A DNA stretch of 29,955 bases, from positions 1 to 29,955 of the forward strand of contig NIVC01004966.1 in NCBI GenBank assembly GCA_002269645.1, given 5' to 3'. The notes below the pieces were generated by a model. That model worked only from the letters and a program-made list of their open reading frames with translations. It searched no databases and was not told where the DNA came from. Every line of letters begins with the position of its first letter. Positions within the stretch are counted from its first letter, which is position 1. Source of the stretch: Macrostomum lignano. Its lineage: Eukaryota. Shown in pieces: positions 12,118 to 20,393 of the stretch. The position numbers were made by a program, and so were the translations under genes.

Positions 12118-12140
12118 GAGTTTTGATTTATATGTAGAGA
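11700..12140 (-). mobile_element. Non-autonomous Helitron-like fragment (5' end) with (CA)n microsatellite
   Basis: The + strand ends ...ACACAGAC(AC)nAGACAGAGTTTTGATTTATATGTAGAGA|T, i.e. A|TC on the minus strand, the layout of Lep1-type non-autonomous Helitrons. No CTAG 3' end found; left boundary approximate. Confidence 0.5.
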
Positions 12141-12359
12141 TAAAGGAGATTTGTATAGTCTAGAAAGTCAGTGGTAAACTTTTTGCTTCTTTAAAATTAA
12201 TAGTAAATAAAATTAGTATAAATTATCGCTAAGGATGTCAATTTTGCATTACTCCAATTGTAGGTATAGTTTAAGTTTGTTTAAAATGAAATTATTGTGT
12301 AAAATTTTAAAAAGGCTTTTCGTATGAAGGCCTTTCTTAGAAAACTCTACTCGTGAAGA

Positions 12360-12410
12360 GTGGCGCACAGACAGCGCACAAATGGCGCATAGACAGCGCA
12401 CAAATCGTCC
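12360..12410 (+). repeat. 22-bp subterminal direct repeat of element D
   Basis: TGGCGCA(C/T)AGACAGCGCACAAA twice. Confidence 0.8.
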
Positions 12411-12527
12411 CAAAAATTATTCCGGCGCACACTGTGCCACCTTCCTGATTATGGGGCGTGCGCACTTGCGCGCTGCTCCAAAAATATGCGCGCGCATTTT
12501 CCTACCCCGAGCAAGAATTCCATCCTG

Positions 12528-12612
12528 AGCTGAGGTGCTTTTCCTTCCCTGAGGCACTTTTCCTGCCCTGAGGCGATCTTACAACTCTATAGTGCTTTCT
12601 TTCCCTGAGGCA
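12528..12612 (+). repeat. Short degenerate ~20-bp tandem repeat flanking element E
   Basis: GC(A)CTTTTCCT(G/T)CCCTGAGG-like units; a matching unit lies left of E at 1520-1540. Confidence 0.6.
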
Positions 12613-13771
12613 ATTCTCGCTCTTAGCAGTTTCTGATACTCCCAATGAGGGGCTTAATACTCTAGAAAATGAGTAAGGCTTTTTGAATACTGCAATCTAG
12701 CAAATATATTCAGAGCAAGTTATTTAGCTTGCAGAACTGTAATACGAAGGAAACAAGTTAACACAATTTATTTTTCTTGGCCTCTTCTAGGCTCCTATTT
12801 ATACTTAAGTCTAAGATTTATTATTTTTTCAAACAAAAAATATTTGTGACAAATATTTTTATAACTCACAACATTTAAACAAAAGATAAATTATTTGTTT
12901 TTTAGTGTGTATTTTAAATAGAGTTTTCTAAGAAGCATAAAAATAAGTAAACTATTAGAACTATTATATAGTATTATACTATTATTAATGCACTCTCACT
13001 ATCAATGTCATAAATGTTATAACAATGCTAATTGCTCTTACTAATAAATGTCCTACAACTGTCACCAAGTTGTGCTAGGGTAATACCTAGCATAGGTTCT
13101 CCTATGGATAGTTAATGTACTTTTGTATGTACTTTTACTTTTTCTACTGGTATCATATCAGTTTCTAACAGTTTCTAATAGTAGTATGGCACGAGATGTT
13201 TGCAAAGAGGACAAGGGCATGATACTACCATAGGCCACAAGATTGGTCGCCGCTGTAATATAGCTTACCAGCTCGATCAAGTACTCGTAGCTGCTTATAT
13301 GGATTAGTCCCGATAGGTGGCACCATCCATTGTAACTTTGCGCATTTGCAGCGTCTCGTTATTCTGACAGCTAGGCATCTGCTGGGAGCACATTGTCACT
13401 TAAAATGACTTAATAATTGCCTGTGAAAAAATGAATTATGCATACAATTTTTACATAACTGAAACCAATATTAACAATACAACTAATGGTTTGAAATAAG
13501 CCATATAGGTACACTGTATCATCTGTGCCGCACCCGCCACGATGCAAAGTGTAGTCCAACAACAAGCATGCTGCCTTTCCAGCATGCTCAAATACCTGTG
13601 GCTTGCTGTAAAACAAGGCGTATACAGCTTTTTCGTTCAACTGACTCCTGAACGACTTTCCTAACTTTAGCATTATGAGAAGCCAAAGGTCCAAGTCTCT
13701 GGGTTTTGGGTCTTCACATTGGACTTTTTTGACTTGGCCTTGGACATCAGGCTCTAACCAACCGTCGCGCC

Positions 13772-14028
13772 TGTTGTGCATGGACTTTTGGTTTAGCAAA
13801 CGCACTAATGCTTCCCTTCTTTTGTCTATAGTCTAGGGTACAATCTTTTATTTCTTTAAGAGCCGAAGGTTAACAGTATAACAAAGGGCAAGCAAGACGT
13901 GCGCCGGCTAGAGGCAAATAAAGCTTGTGAACAGCTCGTATTTTAAATAATGCTTCGACTTGACTTTGATGTCAGATGGTAGCCTGGAGGCAATAGGCGG
14001 TATAGAAGCAGAAGAAAAGGACATAACA
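13772..14028 (+). repeat. 5' LTR (257 bp)
   Basis: TGTTGTG...ACATAACA, direct repeat of 15984-16242. Confidence 0.95.
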
Positions 14029-14913
14029 ATGGCGACGAGTGTAAAAATCGGAGAGTTCGACGTGGCTAAACCGGAGCAATGGGAAGCTTATAAAGAACAA
14101 CTCGAGCAGTTTCTCGTCGTAAACAAAGTGACCGAGGAGGCACATAAGTCAGAAAATATGATTACAGTGATTAGTAATGACTGCTATCAATTGCTCCGCA
14201 ACCTGCTGTCACCAAAGAAGCCCAAGGATGTGAACTTCGACGATCAAGTCAAGGCCCTGGGGGAGCATTTTAACCCAAGGCCTAAGATCGTTGTCGAGAG
14301 ATTCAACTTCCATAGCAGAGCCCAACATGAAGGAGAAAATGTGAGCAATTTCATCGCAAGTCTGCGGAAGTTGGCTGCCACGTGTGGTTTTAATGAATTC
14401 TTGGACGAGGCACTGAGAGACAGGTTCGTTGTCGGCCTAAGGAATCGCCTGACACAGCAGCGTCTGTTGCAAGAAGACACACTGACACTAACTGGAGCAC
14501 TTACTCTTGCGACTGCGATAAAAGCAGCGTAAAGAGGTGTGGTGACAATTTTGTCAACCGGTGCAATCCAGGCGGTGAAGTCTTCAAGAGCCAGTAAAAA
14601 TCTGACAGACGGCTTGTCAGAGAAGAACAACAGAAATAATCAATCTGGATGCTTCCGCTGCAATGCACAAGATCACTGGGCAAAGAACTGCCCCTACCGT
14701 AGCAAGACGTGCAGCAAGTGCGGTCGAGTGGGACATAAAAGTGATGCCTGCCGCACAAAGGACAGGACTAAAGATTCCGGAGGTGGAAAGCAAAAGAAAC
14801 TCAGCTCGTCCAGACATAAGAGACACGGCAGAGTGCACTATGCACTAGTTCAACCAGCTCAGACAGCAGGGACTCAAACTGTACGAGTCAGGGACACCAC
14901 AGGGGTGCTTTGA
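14029..14913 (+). pseudogene. gag: Gag with two CCHC zinc knuckles, premature stop at 14530-14532
   Basis: MATSVKIGEFD...WEAYKEQLEQFL...VVERFNFHSRAQHEGENVSNFIASLRKLAATCGF...LRDRFVVGL; same frame continues past the stop to CFRCNAQDHWAKNC and CSKCGRVGHKSDAC. Confidence 0.92.
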
Positions 14914-14920
14914 AGTCACA

Positions 14921-15965
14921 GTGTGCTCGACTGGACAGGTCGCGCATGTCACTTCTCCACCATACGAGTGCGAACTGGAACTGAACGGAAAAGCTGTAAG
15001 ATTTCAAGTGGATACTGGTGTGGATAAAACCCTGATCAACGAGAAGACCAGCAAGCAACTTGGCCTGAAGCTTTCAAGGACTACCATAAGGTTGTCCAGC
15101 TACACGGATCACTCAATCCCAGTATTAGGTGATGCAACAATTGACGTGGTTAGCCACAACGTCAGGCTTTACCAATTGCCTGTACTGATGGCAAAGGAGA
15201 ACGAGTAAATCAGCTTGAACGCGACTGGCTTTCTAAGATCAAGATTGACTGGGACAAGTTTGCGAGTGTGAACGTGACCACATTAGTCCAGCCTATAGAT
15301 CTATTGGTAAGGAGGCATGAGCAAGTGTTTGCTGAGACATTGGGAACCATTGAAGGATTGAAGGCCAATATAGTGCTGAAGGAGAATTCAATACCAAAGT
15401 ATTTCAAAAGTCGGCCAGTTCCATTTGCAATCAAAGGTCTCATTGAGGACGAGCTCAAGAGTTTGCAAGCCCAAGGAATCATCACGAAGGTGAAGCATCG
15501 GATTTCGCATCGCCAATCGTTCCTGTTCTCAAGCGCGATGGAAAATCAGTGAGGCATGAGTTCCAGGAGGGAGAAAAACTTCTGACGCTTGATTTCAGAA
15601 GGGAGAAAGAGAACAGATGGATTCCTGCCGAGGTGGTCACCCGCACAGGACCAATGTCTTACAGACTGCAGGTCAACGGGCAAATCTGGAAGAGGCACGT
15701 TGATCAAATTGTCAAGACAGACGTTCTTCCCACCCGAATTCCACCAATCATGAAGAGGCATCAGGACGATCAGACTGACTTGGCTCGTGAGCAAATGCAG
15801 AGTGAGGACATCTCAAATCCAGCAGCCCAAAGCGTGCCCGTGCAGGACGAACCACAGACAACCGACTCAGACGGAACTCGTGGCAAGAGCACTGACACAT
15901 CGGCTAAAGAACCTAGACGACTAAGGGACAGAGACAAATTGCAGAAACCGGACCGGTTGAGATAA
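14921..15965 (+). pseudogene. pol: Pol remnant: aspartic protease, RT N-terminus, integrase C-terminus
   Basis: FQVDTGVDKTLI (protease); VFAETLGTI...RPVPFAIK..IEDELKSL..QGII...ASPIVPVLKRDGKSVR (RT start) fused to HEFQEGEK...WIPAEVVTRTGPMSYRLQVNGQIWKRHVDQI (integrase C-terminus). Confidence 0.9.
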
Positions 15966-15983
15966 TAATTAACAAAGGGGGAA

Positions 15984-16242
15984 TGTTGTGTATGGACTTT
16001 TAATTTAGCAAATGCAATAATGCTTCCCTTCTTTTGTCTATAGTCTAGAGTACAATCTTTTATTTCTTTAAGAGCCGAATGCTAACAGTATTACAAAGGG
16101 CAAGCAAGACGTGCGCCGGCTAGAGGCAAATAAAGCTTGTGAACAGCTCGTATTTTAAATAATGCTTCTTCGACTTGACTTTGATGTCAGATGGTAGCCT
16201 GGAGGCAATAGTCGGTATAGAAGAAGAAGAAAGGACATAACA
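15984..16242 (+). repeat. 3' LTR (259 bp)
   Basis: Direct repeat of the 5' LTR, preceded by purine tract AACAAAGGGGGAA. Confidence 0.95.
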
Positions 16243-18169
16243 GCGGCCTTCACTAGGCATGAAGGAGTGGTGAATCGTCATTATAAATGACTCTGTGTAC
16301 TTTCGAGCCAGCGTCTCTCAAAGTATAGATTTCTTGCGCTGTGAAGCTAGACGTACGAGCTGCTGCATCTCAGGAGCGTTAATCTTGCCTTCCACCACTT
16401 CATCTAAATTTTCAGTGGCCAGAAGGCAGATGGCATTAGCCACATCCATGGCAAAAGACGGATCCCGCTTTAGACATTTTTCCATATGTGCCAAAAATGA
16501 GCAGTGGAGTGCTGCGGCCAAATTTATGATGTCTCATAAAGGCAGCAGAAGAAGCAGTATTTTGATTTAAAATAACAAACCATGCACACTCGACTTTTGC
16601 CACAGTTACAAATGATTCTACTATTTGCCTGTTCGACATCTTGGGGATCACAGAGACGCCAAGTAAAATTGCTGCCAAGTAAAGTCCGTGGGGTGTTTCT
16701 AGTGCACACCTGTGGTATTTGGCTGGACAATCCAGCCCTCAAGCAGCTTCATGGACTTATAGGACCCTCCAGGTAGGATTGACTGATGGCATGCCTGAGT
16801 TGCAATGAAGTGCGAAGGACACAATAATGATCAAGCTCTCATAAAACTATTCCATTTAAATTGTAATACAGTATATGAATTTTACCTGAAGTCGCAGATA
16901 GTCTTCAACACGGAAGGTTGTAGACCAATCGAGTAGAAACTTCGCGACTTGGTCGACCAGCAGGGACACCTTCCAGTGCGACATCTGAAGGTCCTGTGCG
17001 ATTTCCATTAGTGATACGATCGGCTTAAACAGGTCTTGCAGACAACAAGTCGAACACAAAATTGCTGCTGAACATCGCATACTGAAGTTTCTCATCATCA
17101 GAGCATCTGAGATTCTCTGTGCGAAACGCTTTGTGAAGCTTGTAATAGGACTCGTCCACTATCTGTGAAGGAGAATTGCATGTATACTTAAAATATGTTC
17201 GTCATGATGTAGTGCCTGTATGCGGCAATTATTTAAAAAATTGCACACTTTTTATATCTTTTGTTACTATCAACAAATTAATGAATCAATATACTAACTT
17301 CACTGCAGAGCTCGTGAATCGCTGGCTCGCGAAATGGGACATCGCTCGAGCTTTTCCATCATCAGATGCAGCTTCTAATGCGCCGTTACCGCGACCATAG
17401 CCAAATAAGCTTGCAAAATAGTTTGCATAGCTTCAATGCAGACTCGAACTGCCGACCTTCTGCTTAGCCTATGCTTGTTATTGCCTGTCTACAGCAATTC
17501 AGTAATTCTTGAAATTAGCTATTCCTTCTAATCCCGCAAAACAGACAGTCATACTAATAACAGCCTGCAGTTATCCACTTTGCCGTCTACAACTTTCATT
17601 AACATCTGCAAAATACAATAATTCATTCAGCAGTCTGCAGTTATTATCCACTAAAACTCTGTAAATAGTTATCCCATCGGAAGTTTGCAGCTATACACTC
17701 ATAAGTCTTGAGGAACAACCTCAGCAGTTTTTCGTTTTTCAACTTGGCAGTCTAAATGAATGATCCCTTCGACAATCTGCAGTTCTCCTCAGCAACCTGC
17801 TGAGGAGAAACAACAATTCTCATTCTCAGCAGTCTGCAGTTTTCCTCTTTGCTGGCCCCTCAGTATCCTCAGGAAGCTGCAATGATCCTTTCAATAATTG
17901 TACGGCTCATTATATAATCAATTTTCGATAGATATTGGCAGTCTTTTGCACATCAATGCAACGAAGATTTTGCATCGTCTGCAATTTAGCGATTAGTCCA
18001 GGCAGGCACAAGCTACAAATAAATGAAAATTAATTTATTATACGCGTATTTTATCTCCCACGTGCATAAACTGAAGCTTGCAAATATTTAATTATTTATA
18101 GCTCGTAGCATCAGCTCAAGAAGTTAAAGTTTAGTCTATGGCCATAAACGTATTATTATTTTTTGAGCT

Positions 18170-18383
18170 CTCTGCGAGAAAAATGCACTAATTAGATAGG
18201 GAAAATACAGTTTTTTCAATATTTAAGACCTTTAGAATTGAAGCAGATAAAAGAAATGTTAACCATACAATCCTTGGTTGAGTTGCAACTTTTTGGTGAA
18301 AACGCGTTCGAAATTGGTCAAGAATTGCAGTCTGTAGAGCGTTTTACACGGACAGACATAGATTAGAGATTTAGTATATAAAA
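18170..18383 (-). mobile_element. 5'-end fragment of a related Helitron abutting the 3' end of the large Helitron
   Basis: Shares TGCGAGAAAAAT(G/A)CACTAATTAGATAGG...AAATACAGT and GATTTAGTATATAA with 24068-24282; the middle is diverged. Confidence 0.6.
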
Positions 18384-19074
18384 CTAGAGAATTTGCCCCC
18401 CCTTCGGGGGGAGACTGTACAGTTCTCTTTGGATTAGACGCAATCTTCCATTGGATTTTTAAGGCCTAAATTAACAATCAAATAAAACCGACGTCCATTT
18501 TGTACTCAAAAGTATGCTGATATACAGAACAAGTAAGAAAAGCATCCGACCATGGACATGTTGAAGTTATTGCGGGCAAACTTATCACTTTTTATTTCAG
18601 AGACTCGCTTTTAATTATTACTTTTAGCATGTGGCATAAGGTTACAATTGTATTTTTGCGGGTGAATTTAGTTAGTTAGTATAGTTTAGTTAGTTGGGTT
18701 AGTTTAGTTTTATTCGATTAAAAATTCTGGAACAAATTTAAGTAGTAGTTAATTTGCTTGAAAGTTTGAGAACAAAAGTTTGATCTAGCAAATTGAAATT
18801 TTCAGCAGCATTGAATCTTAACGTAATCGACAACGATTAACTTAAACAGCAACCTAAAATTACTTGCAGCATATCCTAAATAATTATTTAACCATAAAAT
18901 ATCCTCGGTTACTTGGGGTTGTAGCAGATTCCCGTATTTTTCAGGGAGTTTCCCGTAAGCTTTCCATCTTTCATAGGAATTCGTTACAAATGTTCAACAG
19001 GCCAACGTACTAAAATGGAAAGTGTATTAATGTGTTCTTCAAGTACAAACTATTAAAAAGTCAAATCATACCCG

Positions 19075-20141
19075 TTAATATACATATGTATATATAAGTA
19101 CCCGTTGCGCTCCACAGCGGATAACAACTCGACGCATCCGGTCGATATGCGGCTGCATCGACGCTGGGAATTCAAATGCAAGCACGTCGTCAGCTGCGGT
19201 GTCAGTAATGTCCATAGTTGAGCTATTAGCTAGCGGTAGAAATTGGGTGCTGCTCTCGGACTCTTCGTACCAGGTTTTCAGATCTTGAGCAGTGTCGTGA
19301 ACAGGCGAATACGAAATAGTTGATGATGAGCAACCAAGACAAAGCGAGCCGGCGTACTCTTGAATCTTGGCTTTTCTAATGGCGACTACGTCTCCTGGTC
19401 TCCACAAATGTACCTGGGTAGCAGAGGCGTCCCAGAAGTTGCAAAAAGTCTGAAAACCAGATTTGTCTACGATGCAGACTTTTGCGAGCTGCACCAACTT
19501 TCCGGAACGCGTGTTGACGTCAACGGGTTGTTCTACTTTGACAATGACACCGAGAACATCAACAAAACTGAAAATATAAAGAATGAAAATGTGTGAAGTA
19601 TATATATCTTCCTGTTTATTCTACATTTTGAGGATGGACTTACCCATTCACTCCAATTCTTGGTAGTTCGGAGAGCGCTTTGAACGGACCATTTATGGGA
19701 ACTATCGCATCGCTACACTGGCGGAGAGAGTCCTTGTTATCCTCATTGATTGACAGAGTAACTTCATGCATATTGCTTGTTCGGTTGAATTTTGGATTAG
19801 CACACTTTACCATTCCTTCACGGATGGAGATTGTTTGCCCGTTTTCGCAAATGCTCCAGTGTTCTTGCAACTCATCGCCAAAAACTGCCACTCTGATTTC
19901 ACCTGACTCATCTGACATCAAAAACGAAAACCATTTGTTCTTCTTGCCATCCCTAATCTGGTTTAGTAAAAAACGATGTTGTTTAAGTGGATTGATTTTA
20001 TAAAAAAAGTATATATATGAAGCAAAATAGCAAATTATGGAAGCTTACCTCAGTTCTTAACGAAGTAATTCCGGAGACTACGCCGCGCATGGGACCGACA
20101 GAAAGAGAAGAAATCGTTAACTTGCTTAGCTTGCTTGCCAT
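19075..20141 (-). CDS. Helitron-borne RPA70 (RPA1)-like ssDNA-binding protein, two OB folds, spliced
   Basis: Phase-consistent exons 20141-20049, 19957-19644, 19567-~19102 (possible small exon from 19009 to a stop near 18971). FSFLMSDESGEIRVAVF..., CANPKFN, FVDVLGVIVKVEQPV, CNFWD, GDVVAIRKAKIQEYAGSL, AQDLKTWY resemble RPA70 DBD-A and DBD-B. Confidence 0.85.
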
Positions 20142-20393
20142 CTTTTAACATAACGATGAAGACAAATTTAATGGAATTTACTACTTGCAGCTATAAATTC
20201 ATCTTAAGCTAGAAATGCATCTCAAGCTTATGCATTCCGCGAAAAATACAGTTTCAGGACACACATTTTCTCATAGACGTTTTGCGTGACAGCATGCACT
20301 TTCAATATTTAATCGTGGCTCGTAGTAAAATAGCAACATATTTTTTTACATTGAATTGTAAAAAATTATTAATAGATAATAAAGACGTCCAAT

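Larger units (their letters stand above)
8176..12453. mobile_element. Non-autonomous hAT-like element (element D, 4278 bp) carrying a polypyrimidine array
   Basis: TIRs CCATAGTCAGGAAGGTGGC (8176) and GCCACCTTCCTGATTATGG (12435-12453), 18/19; TSD GGCATGCG (8168-8175) / GGCGTGCG (12454-12461); GCGCA-rich subterminal repeats at both ends; no transposase. Confidence 0.88.
1541..12527. mobile_element. Cryptic older MITE (element E, ~320 bp once nested insertions are removed), probably hAT
   Basis: Inverted repeat CAAGATGGAATTCTTGCAC (1541-1559) versus GAGCAAGAATTCCATCCTG (12509-12527), 17/19. Surviving pieces: 1541-1666, 7817-7934, 8163-8175, 12462-12527. Both flanks carry a CTGAGG core but offset by 1 nt, so the TSD is imperfect. 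Confidence 0.65.
13772..16242 (+). mobile_element. Gypsy (Mag-like) LTR retrotransposon, internally deleted
   Basis: LTRs 13772-14028 and 15984-16242 (TG...CA, about 95% identical by eye); PBS-like TGGCGACGAG at 14030; purine tract before 15984; 5-bp TSD GCGCC / GCGGC; gag, protease, RT start and integrase C-terminus. Confidence 0.95.
13190..17450 (-). pseudogene. Diverged, 5'-truncated second copy of the element-B-type transposase, split by a Gypsy element
   Basis: Segments 17450-16243 and 13771-~13190 align with B exons 5-9 (AAALHCSFLAHMEKCLKRDPS vs ASSLHRSFLARLEKCCVRDPS, 31/58 aa identical in that block; KLYYSGD vs KLYYTGD). Stops and frameshifts present; no TIRs found. Confidence 0.85.

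Noticed and set aside
1039-12453. CRISPR-like or invertible repeat-spacer reading of the recurring CCATAGTCAGGAAGGTG motif
   Set aside because: The copies alternate in orientation and pair into TIRs, each pair with its own 8-bp TSD; spacing is irregular and there are no cas or recombinase genes.
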